Shown in pieces: positions 7,995 through 15,189 of a stretch of 15,416 nt of DNA. A program made the position numbers and the translations under genes. Numbering within the stretch: the first letter of the stretch is position 1; the number at the start of each line of letters is the position of its first letter. A model generated the notes under the pieces. The model did not search any database. It worked only from the letters and a program-made list of their open reading frames with translations, and was not told the origin of the DNA. The stretch comes from Candidatus Subterrananammoxibius californiae (GTDB taxonomy: Bacteria; Planctomycetota; Brocadiia; Brocadiales; Subterrananammoxibiaceae): assembly GCA_030586555.1 (NCBI GenBank), contig JAURAC010000049.1:1-15416 (forward strand), read 5' to 3'.

Positions 7995-8065
7995 AATAAA
8001 ATATATTTTAACAAAAACATCACCTGCATAGCAATACAAAGTTCAAGGGGTGAGGGCGTATTTTC

Positions 8066-8464
8066 TCATGGAATGCAGCTGAAACCTTGTTCCTTAAAAT
8101 GTGGGTCAAAGACGAAGGCTGACTTGATTCCGAGCCTTCGCATCACAACAAAGCTTACACAATCAACCAGGCTGAGATTTTTTCGCAGTGCGGTGAGCAC
8201 GCCAGTTACTCCGGCTCGATGTGTAGATTCATCAACCCACTCTACTATAAGAACTGGACAAATGTCGTCCTGAAATGTTCTTACCGCACTCATTCCCAAT
8301 CTATGCTGTACTAATGCGAAGGTTTCTATTAACACGTAGTTTGTGCACACAAGTAATTCATCTCGGGAAATAAGGTCCTTCCATGTTTCTCTTGCACTTT
8401 TATGATTTCTGTCATCTGCGTCCAGAACAGCCAGTAACGCTGAGGTATCTACGAACACGCTCAT
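8066..8464 (-). CDS. vapC: VapC-family PIN-domain toxin, apparently intact
   Basis: VFVDTSA, VLIET, LSLVDCVS, FVFDPHF give the acidic catalytic set; ATGA overlap with the antitoxin gene. Confidence 0.92.
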   Translation of the reverse strand: MSVFVDTSALLAVLDADDRNHKSARETWKDLISRDELLVCTNYVLIETFALVQHRLGMSAVRTFQDDICPVLIVEWVDESTHRAGVTGVLTALRKNLSLVDCVSFVVMRRLGIKSAFVFDPHFKEQGFSCIP

Positions 8465-8709
8465 GAGCTAAACGCCTTTACAAGGTGCGCATCGTGCTTG
8501 GCTGACAAGTCTCGAATGCCAGACCTGAATTTCCCTGCCGCTTCGATTGCTCGACGTTTACTTTCCTCAACAGAGGGCTCTCCAGAGGTTTGCAGTATCC
8601 TATCCACACCCTCACGCACCAACTCGGCAAGTGATACATGGAGCTTATTAGCCAATCTCTTCAAGGAATTTACTTGTTCTTCTGTCAATTGAATTTGCGT
8701 TCGTACCAT
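8461..8709 (-). CDS. Ribbon-helix-helix (CopG-like) VapB-type antitoxin
   Basis: MVRTQIQLTEEQ...SLAELVREGVDRIL...GKFRSGIRDLSAKHDAHL; start ATG 8709 after GGAG. Confidence 0.88.
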   Translation of the reverse strand: MVRTQIQLTEEQVNSLKRLANKLHVSLAELVREGVDRILQTSGEPSVEESKRRAIEAAGKFRSGIRDLSAKHDAHLVKAFSS

Positions 8710-8733
8710 TGATTGCTCCACTGATTACATATT

Positions 8734-8769
8734 TGACATCATGATAACACTATCGGTCTTTTCTGTCAA
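8734..8769 (-). promoter_or_regulatory. Near-consensus sigma70 promoter of vapBC with an overlapping palindromic operator
   Basis: TTGACA (8769-8764)-17 nt-TATCAT (8746-8741) with extended TG. The palindrome TG..ATCATGAT..CA overlaps the -10, as expected for antitoxin autorepression. Confidence 0.75.
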
Positions 8770-8897
8770 GAGAAAAAGGACAATGTGTGTTAGCAACATA
8801 AAAAATGACCTGTTCCCCCCACTTAAAAAGGCAATAACGCCCAACTACACAAATTTGGGCCCAAAAATAGACATTGATACCGTAAGCCGTTAATTAA

Positions 8898-8980
8898 GCT
8901 GTCATTGCGAGCACCCGAAGGGTGCGTGGTAATCTCGTTACAAAATACGGAGATTGCTTCGCTTCGCTCGCAATGACAGC
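8898..8980. repeat. GTCATTGCGAG...CTCGCAATGAC-type palindromic element (RPE/MITE-like)
   Basis: Perfect 15-bp terminal inverted repeat GCTGTCATTGCGAGC/GCTCGCAATGACAGC, with internal pairings GCACCC-gaa-GGGTGC and AATCTC...GAGATT. Confidence 0.88.
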
Positions 8981-9004
8981 GATCTAAGGGAAGGAACGGA
9001 CGAA

Positions 9005-9220
9005 TTATTTTCTCCGTAAAGCCACATCCTCTAACACAACTGTCTTGAACACATCCGGGTCACCCAAGCGCTTGACGGCGTCAAGAATCTCAATGCCAGC
9101 CAATCTTCCATCGGCGTCATAATCAGCAGCAATTCCTTCCGCTAAATGCTCAGTAGTGACCGTAGTTTCCTTAAAACGGATGTATAAAGCATCCACTTCT
9201 GGGTCATAAGTAATCTTCAT
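9005..9220 (-). CDS. DUF2283-family putative antitoxin
   Basis: MKITYDPEVDALYIRF...DYDADGRLAGIEILDA; AGGAG SD. Confidence 0.9.
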   Translation of the reverse strand: MKITYDPEVDALYIRFKETTVTTEHLAEGIAADYDADGRLAGIEILDAVKRLGDPDVFKTVVLEDVALRRK

Positions 9221-9233
9221 AGTAACTCCTTAA

Positions 9234-9488
9234 TTAAAAGTAATAGGTATATATTGTAACAACTACTATCTCGCCTGTTTCTTCTGCAAAAATAGGTCTT
9301 ACCCGTTTGATTTTATAAAATTTGCGATTCCACTCACTATTATAAGTGATGTCTTCAGAACATTCCAGCCTTCCCAACTCTGCAGGCTGCCAAGGCTGTG
9401 TCTGGATAGCATGTATAACTTCTTCTTTGGTGCAACCCCTTGGCTTAAGCTGTTGCATGGCATGCCCGCTAAAGCGAATAGGCTTCAT
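9234..9488 (-). CDS. DUF4258-family putative toxin (RelE/BrnT-like fold)
   Basis: IRFSGHAMQQL..RGCTKEEVIHAI...EIVVVTIY; upstream of DUF2283, the usual pairing. Alternative start TTG 9494. Confidence 0.8.
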   Translation of the reverse strand: MKPIRFSGHAMQQLKPRGCTKEEVIHAIQTQPWQPAELGRLECSEDITYNSEWNRKFYKIKRVRPIFAEETGEIVVVTIYTYYF

Positions 9489-9518
9489 AGGCAACCTTTT
9501 CTATAATCAAATCCTGTT

Positions 9519-9599
9519 TCAACCAGAAGTACATTCTGCAGAGAAAATCATGTTCTGCATTTCTAATTCTGTTCTTTTTGTGCCGTGCGTCTTTACCAT
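9519..9599 (-). pseudogene. Diverged, displaced duplicate of the 3' end of the precorrin-2 dehydrogenase gene
   Basis: MVKTHGTKRTELEMQNMIFSAECTSG* aligns without gaps to LIKQHGTEKAEAEMRKKI (9898-9951); 32/42 nt identical from HGT to I, 352 bp apart. Confidence 0.7.
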
Positions 9600-9823
9600 A
9601 TAGCTAAAATACCTTTGCCTGTCATATCCTTATCTTTGGTAACAATGGGGCTATTTGTTAATGTGGCAGTGGCAAGTATTAGCCTATCGTGTACCTCAAA
9701 TCTCTTTAAAGTTTGGGCTATTTTTAATAATCGTGTATCAAAAGGGATAATCTGATAATTAACATTTTCTTCCAAGGTCGACAAAAGTTTAATAAATGAT
9801 AGGTTTACCATTCCTTTTTCCAT
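9593..9823 (-). pseudogene. C-terminal half of a VapC/PIN toxin (N-terminus missing)
   Basis: YQIIPFD...EVHDRLILATA...PIVTKD is a PIN C-terminal half. The N-terminal D-T and E catalytic motifs are absent, and an in-frame TAA lies three codons upstream of the ATG. Confidence 0.78.
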
Positions 9824-10566
9824 ATATCTTTAGCTTCCTCAATGTCTTTATCAGTTACCACACTACCGCTAGTCATTCCATGCAATGAAATGTCTCCAAT
9901 CTTTTTTCGCATTTCTGCCTCTGCTTTTTCTGTGCCGTGTTGTTTAATGAGTTCGATTACATCAGACTCGGCGAGGCGCTGGAGGATTTTTCTGCGCTTT
10001 TCGGGGTCTTTAACCTTAGACATGACAGCATTGCGCATCTTTGAGAGAAGTTCAAGGTATTGCTCATATTCCTGCCCGTATGTTTTTTCCAAATCCTCTC
10101 TTATTCTTTTGGCAAGCGCCGGGCTTGCACCACCTGTGGAGATGCTTATGCAAAGGTCTCCACGTATTACCGATGACGGGACAATAAATGAGCATAATTC
10201 AGGGCAGTCCACCACGTTGACAAGGATTTTCTTTTTTGACGCATCCTGAAAGACGTTTCGGTTGACCTCCGCATCATCCGTTGCGGCAATTACGAGGAAT
10301 GTATCGTCAAGGTCTTTTTCACTGTAGCGCTTTTTTATAAGCGTAATATCCGTTCTTTTTGATAGTTCAGGGCATGATTTAAGGCAAACAACGGTTACCT
10401 TTGCGCCGGCGTCCTTGAGGCTGCATGCCTTGCGATATGCAACCTCCCCTCCGCCAATAATTACGCACTTCTTACCCTGGATATTTAGATTTATTGGATA
10501 GTATTTGGGCATATTACCGTTGCTCGTCGCTTGTAACCCGTCGCTCGTACCTCGTTCGTGCGTCAC
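9805..10566 (-). CDS. Precorrin-2 dehydrogenase / sirohydrochlorin ferrochelatase (SirC/Met8/CysG N-terminal type) with foreign-looking N- and C-terminal extensions
   Basis: YYPINLNIQGKKCVIIGGGEVAYRK (Rossmann), LVIAATDD, VNVVDCPELCSF, ISISTGGASPALA. The core begins at ATG 10512; GTG 10566 overlaps the upstream stop. Confidence 0.92.
   Translation of the reverse strand: MTHERGTSDGLQATSNGNMPKYYPINLNIQGKKCVIIGGGEVAYRKACSLKDAGAKVTVVCLKSCPELSKRTDITLIKKRYSEKDLDDTFLVIAATDDAEVNRNVFQDASKKKILVNVVDCPELCSFIVPSSVIRGDLCISISTGGASPALAKRIREDLEKTYGQEYEQYLELLSKMRNAVMSKVKDPEKRRKILQRLAESDVIELIKQHGTEKAEAEMRKKIGDISLHGMTSGSVVTDKDIEEAKDIWKKEW
10517..10553 (-). repeat. Degenerate 7-bp tandem tract (RRGYNAC)
   Basis: Minus strand gaggtac gagcgac gggttac aagcgac gagcaac, between the upstream stop and the MPKYY core. 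Confidence 0.7.
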
Positions 10567-11675
10567 TTATACCATATTTCGATGAGGAATAATGAGAAAT
10601 ATCCAATGAGCAGTAGAAACCAGCCAAGTATTATAATAAACTCGAGGGTAACAGAGAATGATACCGTGAACTTATCGGAGAACATACTGTAAAGGTCTTC
10701 GAGTGTGTCGAGGGTTCTTGCAATGTTACTTTTCCATGTATCGAGGTGGAATTTTTTGGATGTGAGTTCGTACAACCTTGCAGAGTACCAATCGCCTATT
10801 AATCTTATGTTCCGTTCTATTGCTTCGGATTCAAGTATGGATTCCGTTCGCATCCTGACTACTTCTCGGAGGGCATTCTTAATCTCTTTTGACCTGAATA
10901 GCATGCTTCTTTTCGCCGTCTTTTCAAGCATGTGGGCTGCTTTTTGGAGCCTATCCTCAAGTTCATTGTAAAGCATTCTGAGCTTCAGTAACTGAAGATT
11001 CGCTATCTCAAAGAGTTCGATATTACTATCAAAATCGCTCCTCGGGTCAAAGCAAAATGCCCCGTCCCATTCCACGACTGTAAGGTCATCCTTTGAGTAT
11101 TTTAAATTAAATTTCAGCGTCGAGTCAATTTCTTCCTCATCAAGCGGCGTCTTTTCCGTTTTAAGAAGACCAACTATTTTGTCCTTGTGCCTGGATACGA
11201 TTTCCTCTGGGTCGGTTATATATTCTGAAATACAGTACACGGTGTATTCCTCATCAAATACAGGTTTTCCGTGATATTCTTTGAGGATGTTTCTACATTC
11301 TGCAATGAGATTCTTTTTTAAATCGAAGACCGAATCTGAAAGGATGTCGTCGTGTTCAAGGGAGGACTCGATAATGATATTGTTGGGCAAAAATAATTTT
11401 ACAAGGAAATTTACCTCTTTGGAGTCTATAAATTTTTTCTCCATCTTGATGATTCTCTGTTTTGGCATAACCTCAGGATAGTTCGGGGAGCTTTTGAGTG
11501 TCTTGCTCTCAACAAGTTCTGCCGTTGCATGGTGCGCTTTCGTCTGTCCAACAAGGAAGGATACAAGCCTTCCCTTTACCCTTGTATCTTGAGGAGATTT
11601 TGCTGCAGCCGCTTCTGGCGTATTTGTCTGGTTTAAAGGTTCTTTTGGAGACAAAGTAAAAAACTCCTGACTCAC
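10563..11675 (-). CDS. Uncharacterised membrane-anchored protein with an RMD1/DUF155-like C-terminus
   Basis: 370-aa ORF in the operon; long helical region, DWYSARLYE...FHLDTW...LDTLEDLY, then a single C-terminal TM segment (LEFIIILGW...). Family assignment is by resemblance only. Confidence 0.65.
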   Translation of the reverse strand: MSQEFFTLSPKEPLNQTNTPEAAAAKSPQDTRVKGRLVSFLVGQTKAHHATAELVESKTLKSSPNYPEVMPKQRIIKMEKKFIDSKEVNFLVKLFLPNNIIIESSLEHDDILSDSVFDLKKNLIAECRNILKEYHGKPVFDEEYTVYCISEYITDPEEIVSRHKDKIVGLLKTEKTPLDEEEIDSTLKFNLKYSKDDLTVVEWDGAFCFDPRSDFDSNIELFEIANLQLLKLRMLYNELEDRLQKAAHMLEKTAKRSMLFRSKEIKNALREVVRMRTESILESEAIERNIRLIGDWYSARLYELTSKKFHLDTWKSNIARTLDTLEDLYSMFSDKFTVSFSVTLEFIIILGWFLLLIGYFSLFLIEIWYK

Positions 11676-11697
11676 GACTCATAACTCAAGACTTATA
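11663..11697 (-). repeat. 7-bp tandem tract (GAGTYRT) spanning the lysA stop and the next gene's start
   Basis: + strand actcctg actcacg actcata actcaag acttata; contains the TGA of lysA (11681-11679) and GTG 11675. Confidence 0.8.
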
Positions 11698-12992
11698 AGG
11701 TCTTCGCAGGTTTCCCGTTTCCTGATGGTCGAAAAACTCTCGCCATTTACCATGATTTCGCAAGCGCGTGGGCGTGAATTATAATTTGAACTCATAGAAA
11801 AGCCATAAGCCCCTGCGCTGAATATGGCAAGTAAGTCGCCTTCTTTTACCTTTGGCAATACACGATTTTTGGCAAAGACATCGCTACTCTCGCACACCGG
11901 TCCAACAACGTCTACAACTTCTGTACCCCTTTTTACAATGGGCTTTTCTTCCGGATATTCTATTTTTGGATAGGGGACATTGCTTTTCAATGGCCATGTC
12001 CGATGATAGGCATCGTAAAGGGTGGGTCTTATAAGGTCATTCATTGCCGCATCGCAAATAACAAACTTCTTACCGTAACTCGATTCCTTTATATACGTAA
12101 CCCTTGTTATTAGAATGCCAGCATTGCCAACAATGAAGCGTCCCGGCTCCATGATTAATTTGCATCCCGTCTGCCTTACAAGAGGGATTATATCCATTGC
12201 ATAATCGGCAGGTCTGGTAACTTCCTCACCAGTATAAGAGATGCAGTATCCACCGCCAATATTTATGTATTCTATTTTGATGCCGTATTGATTGCATTCT
12301 GGTAAAAACTTTGTCAGCTTCTTAAGGGCTTTTACATACGGTTCCGTGGTGTAGATGGGAGAGCCGAGATGTACATGAAGCCCTGCCAATTTTATACCAG
12401 GATATTTTCTTGCCTGACGAAGGATTTTTCCCGCCGTAACGAAATCTATCCCGAACTTGTTTTCTTTTTTACCTGTGGTCGTCTTTGCATGCGTGCGAGG
12501 GTCAACATCAGGATTGATGCGCAAAGCTATTCGGACGATCTTATTTAAATCCGTTGCAATCTTGTTAATATTTTCAAGTTCATTTTGCGATTCCACGTTG
12601 AACATAAATATGTTGTTTTCTATGGCGTACCGTATTTCATTGCTATTCTTTCCTACACCTGCAAAGACAACCTTAGATGGGTCAGCGCCAATCTTTAACA
12701 CACGGTATAGTTCGCCGCCTGAGACCACGTCAAAACCAGAACCAGCCTCTGCCAGTGTCTTGCATATCGTCAAATTGGAGTTTGATTTAACGGAAAAACA
12801 GATAAGGGGATTTAAAGGCGCAAAGGCATCCTTAATCTCATTAAAATTCGTTAGGATAGCCTTCCCACTGTAGATATACGCTGGTGTTCCAACAGATGAA
12901 ACAATATCCTCTACCCTTACGTTATCGCAGAAGAGTTCATTCCGCCCAAAAAATGGCGGATTTACAATTTTTCTATATTCAAAGTGGTTCAT
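11679..12992 (-). CDS. lysA: Diaminopimelate decarboxylase
   Basis: FSVKSNSN (PLP lysine), FDVVSGGEL, FAGVGK, NVES, HVHLGS, NIGGG, MEPGR, RPTLY, VVGPVCESSD, AGAYGFSMSSNYNSRPR. Confidence 0.96.
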   Translation of the reverse strand: MNHFEYRKIVNPPFFGRNELFCDNVRVEDIVSSVGTPAYIYSGKAILTNFNEIKDAFAPLNPLICFSVKSNSNLTICKTLAEAGSGFDVVSGGELYRVLKIGADPSKVVFAGVGKNSNEIRYAIENNIFMFNVESQNELENINKIATDLNKIVRIALRINPDVDPRTHAKTTTGKKENKFGIDFVTAGKILRQARKYPGIKLAGLHVHLGSPIYTTEPYVKALKKLTKFLPECNQYGIKIEYINIGGGYCISYTGEEVTRPADYAMDIIPLVRQTGCKLIMEPGRFIVGNAGILITRVTYIKESSYGKKFVICDAAMNDLIRPTLYDAYHRTWPLKSNVPYPKIEYPEEKPIVKRGTEVVDVVGPVCESSDVFAKNRVLPKVKEGDLLAIFSAGAYGFSMSSNYNSRPRACEIMVNGESFSTIRKRETCEDLISLEL

Positions 12993-13012
12993 TAATCAAC
13001 CCTTTTTGAAAG

Positions 13013-13097
13013 AAGCAGTAGACAACGATGTTTATCATCGTTGAAATCAACGAACCCTCCTGAGGCGGGCAGGCATAAAGTTCGTTGTCTACCGCTT
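13013..13097. repeat. REPIN-like pair of inverted GTAG REPs, one interrupted by a nested mini-palindrome
   Basis: GTAGA-CAACGATG-tttat-CATCGTTG on +; GTAGA-CAACGAAC-tttat-[gcctgcccgcctcaggagg]-GTTCGTTG on -. Outer arms are AAGCAGTAGACAACGA/TCGTTGTCTACCGCTT. Confidence 0.8.
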
Positions 13098-13270
13098 TTT
13101 CAATCTTTTCTCCCAGTAATTCAGGCGTTGCCTTACGAGTTTTGGCGCTTCCTGTTGCCATTTTAGAAACACATACAATTAGAGACATCTGAAAAAGCCG
13201 TAAAATAAAACTCATGCCATGCTGAAGAGGTCTGTAAAAATATTCCAGTCATAATTTTCAACCTGCTTTA

Positions 13271-13328
13271 TCATAGCTCATAGTTCATGCAGTACTATCA
13301 GCTATGAGCTAAGAGCTAAATTGCTATG
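13271..13328. repeat. Inverted pair of 7-bp tracts (GAGCTAT)
   Basis: tcatagc tcatagt ... actatca gctatga gctaaga gctaaat tgctatg; the arms can fold into a hairpin. Confidence 0.8.
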
Positions 13329-13377
13329 TCGCCTCCTTAATATCACAAAGAAACTCCCTGTCTCCTCTTTTAGACAT
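13324..13377 (-). pseudogene. 17-aa N-terminal remnant of a HEPN/DUF86 (HepT-like) toxin
   Basis: MSKRGDREFLCDIKEAT* overlaps the MNT stop (ATGTCTAA) as in MNT-DUF86 operons and matches DUF86 N-termini; it ends at the heptamer tract. Confidence 0.75.
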
Positions 13378-13705
13378 ACGTCAGGCTCCTTCTAATCTCT
13401 TCGGCAACCTCTTTTATCCTTATAGTTTCAATACTTACGGGAGTCAAAATATCTACCTTTTTTCCAAAAAGTTCCTCGAGAAAAGAAGACAAACCTATAT
13501 AAGCATCGAAAAGCCCATTGAAATCTTCACCAAAAAAAGTAGGGTCAAACTCAACAACTAAATCTATATCACTTTTTCTTTTTTGTTCGCCCCTTATATA
13601 CGAGCCGAATAGAGCGATTCTTTTGACCCCATATTTTTTCAGTTTATCTTTGTGGTCTCGCAATTTCTCTATTATTTCATCTTTTGTTAGAATTTCTGCC
13701 GTCAT
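13370..13705 (-). CDS. Minimal nucleotidyltransferase (MNT/MntA-like antitoxin)
   Basis: YGVKRIALFGSYIRGEQKRKSDIDLVVEF (GSx10DxD), LEELFGKKVDIL. Confidence 0.92.
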   Translation of the reverse strand: MTAEILTKDEIIEKLRDHKDKLKKYGVKRIALFGSYIRGEQKRKSDIDLVVEFDPTFFGEDFNGLFDAYIGLSSFLEELFGKKVDILTPVSIETIRIKEVAEEIRRSLTYV

Positions 13706-13735
13706 CTATCTACCACCATCTAAATATTGCCAGAT

Positions 13736-13797
13736 AAGGTTAAGAGGCTAAAAAGGTAAAACCTCTTAGCCTCTTGACCTCTTAGCCTTTTCGCCTT
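13736..13797. repeat. Inverted pair of 8-bp tracts (AGGYYAAG) overlapping the argH stop
   Basis: aaggttaa gaggctaa aaaggtaa / cctcttag cctcttga cctcttag ccttttcg cctt; encodes the ArgH tail GEKAKRSRG*. Confidence 0.8.
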
Positions 13798-15181
13798 GTT
13801 TACTTAACCTTTTCTCCCATTCATTTATTTGTTTCCTTACAAGTTTTGGCGCAGTGGAGCCAGGGCTTTTGTAGCTTCTGATGCAGTTTTCTGTGCCTAA
13901 TACTTTGTAAACGTCTTCGTCTATTACAGGGGAATATTTTTTGAGTGTATCCAGTCCAAGCTCTGGCAAAATTCTACTGGTTTTAATACAATTCTTTACA
14001 ATACTGCCGACTATTTCATGTGCCTGGCGGAAGGGAATGCCCTTCAGCACGAGATACTCAGCAAGCGCTGTGGCGTCTAAAAATCCATCCTCACAAGCAC
14101 GGGCAAAAATTTCAGCCTTGAATCTAGTATTTTTTACGAGACCAGTAATTAAAGATAAACAGCGTTTTACAGTATCGTAAGCCCCGAAGACCGCCTCCTT
14201 ATCCTCCTGCATATCCCGATTATAAGCAAGGGGCAGACCCTTCATTAAGGATAGTAAGGTTGTAAGGTTACCATAAACACGTGCGCATTTGCCGCGTATC
14301 AGTTCAAGCACATCGGGGTTTTTTTTCTGCGGCATGATGCTTGAGCCTGTGCAGTATGAATCATCAATGTTAATAAAGTCGAATTCCTGGCTCGACCACA
14401 TAATCCATTCCTCGCTCAGACGCGAAAGGTGCATTGCTATCATGGAAAGGCAGAAGACAAACTCGATACAGAAGTCCCTATCGCTGACGGCATCAACGCT
14501 GTTATCGCAGACCCTGTAAAATCCAAGCAGATTAGCGGTAAACTCCGGGTATATTGGCAGGGTTGTCCCTGCGAGGGCGCATGCCCCTAAAGGGGATTCG
14601 CTCAAGCGGAGCCACAGACAATCACGCAATCGGCTTTTATCCCTCTCAAACATCTCAACGTAGGCTAAGAGATAATGGGCTAAAAGCACTGGTTGGGCAT
14701 GTTGGAGGTGCGTAAAGCCCGGGACTATAATCTTAATATTTGCCTTTCCCTTCAATACCAGTTCGTATTGAAGACTGGTAAGCAATTTGGTTAAAATTTT
14801 AATCTGGTCACGCATCCAGAGCCTCATATCTAAGGCTACCTGGTCATTTCTACTCCGTGCTGTATGGAGTTTCTTTCCAGCCTCGCCGATACGTTCTATA
14901 AGGGCAGCCTCGATATTCATGTGCACGTCCTCTAAGTGTTCTTTAAAGACAAAATCACCGGATTCTATGTCATTCTGGATTTCTCTTAATCCTTTTATAA
15001 TCTTATCCCGTTCTGTATTTGTAATGAGGGCGCACTTAGCAAGCATCGTGGCATGGGCAATGCTGCCCTCAATATCATATTTATATAGCTGCCAGTCAAA
15101 AGACACGGATTCGGTAAACGCCTCCACATCTGTGCTTGTTGGTTTTGTGAATCTGCCTTGCCACGGTTTTTTCTTGTTCAT
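13766..15181 (-). CDS. argH: Argininosuccinate lyase
   Basis: WQGRF, EDVHMNIE, LHTARSRNDQ, PGFTHLQHAQP, SDRDF, signature TGSSIMPQKKNPD, YNRDMQEDK. Confidence 0.97.
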   Translation of the reverse strand: MNKKKPWQGRFTKPTSTDVEAFTESVSFDWQLYKYDIEGSIAHATMLAKCALITNTERDKIIKGLREIQNDIESGDFVFKEHLEDVHMNIEAALIERIGEAGKKLHTARSRNDQVALDMRLWMRDQIKILTKLLTSLQYELVLKGKANIKIIVPGFTHLQHAQPVLLAHYLLAYVEMFERDKSRLRDCLWLRLSESPLGACALAGTTLPIYPEFTANLLGFYRVCDNSVDAVSDRDFCIEFVFCLSMIAMHLSRLSEEWIMWSSQEFDFINIDDSYCTGSSIMPQKKNPDVLELIRGKCARVYGNLTTLLSLMKGLPLAYNRDMQEDKEAVFGAYDTVKRCLSLITGLVKNTRFKAEIFARACEDGFLDATALAEYLVLKGIPFRQAHEIVGSIVKNCIKTSRILPELGLDTLKKYSPVIDEDVYKVLGTENCIRSYKSPGSTAPKLVRKQINEWEKRLSKQGEKAKRSRG

Positions 15182-15189
15182 AGTTAATT

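Noticed and set aside
8785..8850. Integron attC-like core motifs (GTTAGCA, GCCCAAC) near the TA genes
   Set aside because: They are in the wrong order for an attC, with no L-box pairing, no repeated sites and no integrase.
12979..13215. 78-aa ORF upstream of lysA, or a possible duplicate of the argH 3' end
   Set aside because: About a third of the ORF is the REPIN palindrome and no domain is recognisable. Similarity to the ArgH tail (ATPELL vs TAPKLV) is too weak.
14584..14610. Small palindromes inside argH (WLRLSESPLG region) as another inserted element
   Set aside because: The arms are only 4-6 bp and overlap the conserved SPLG motif, so chance is a sufficient explanation.
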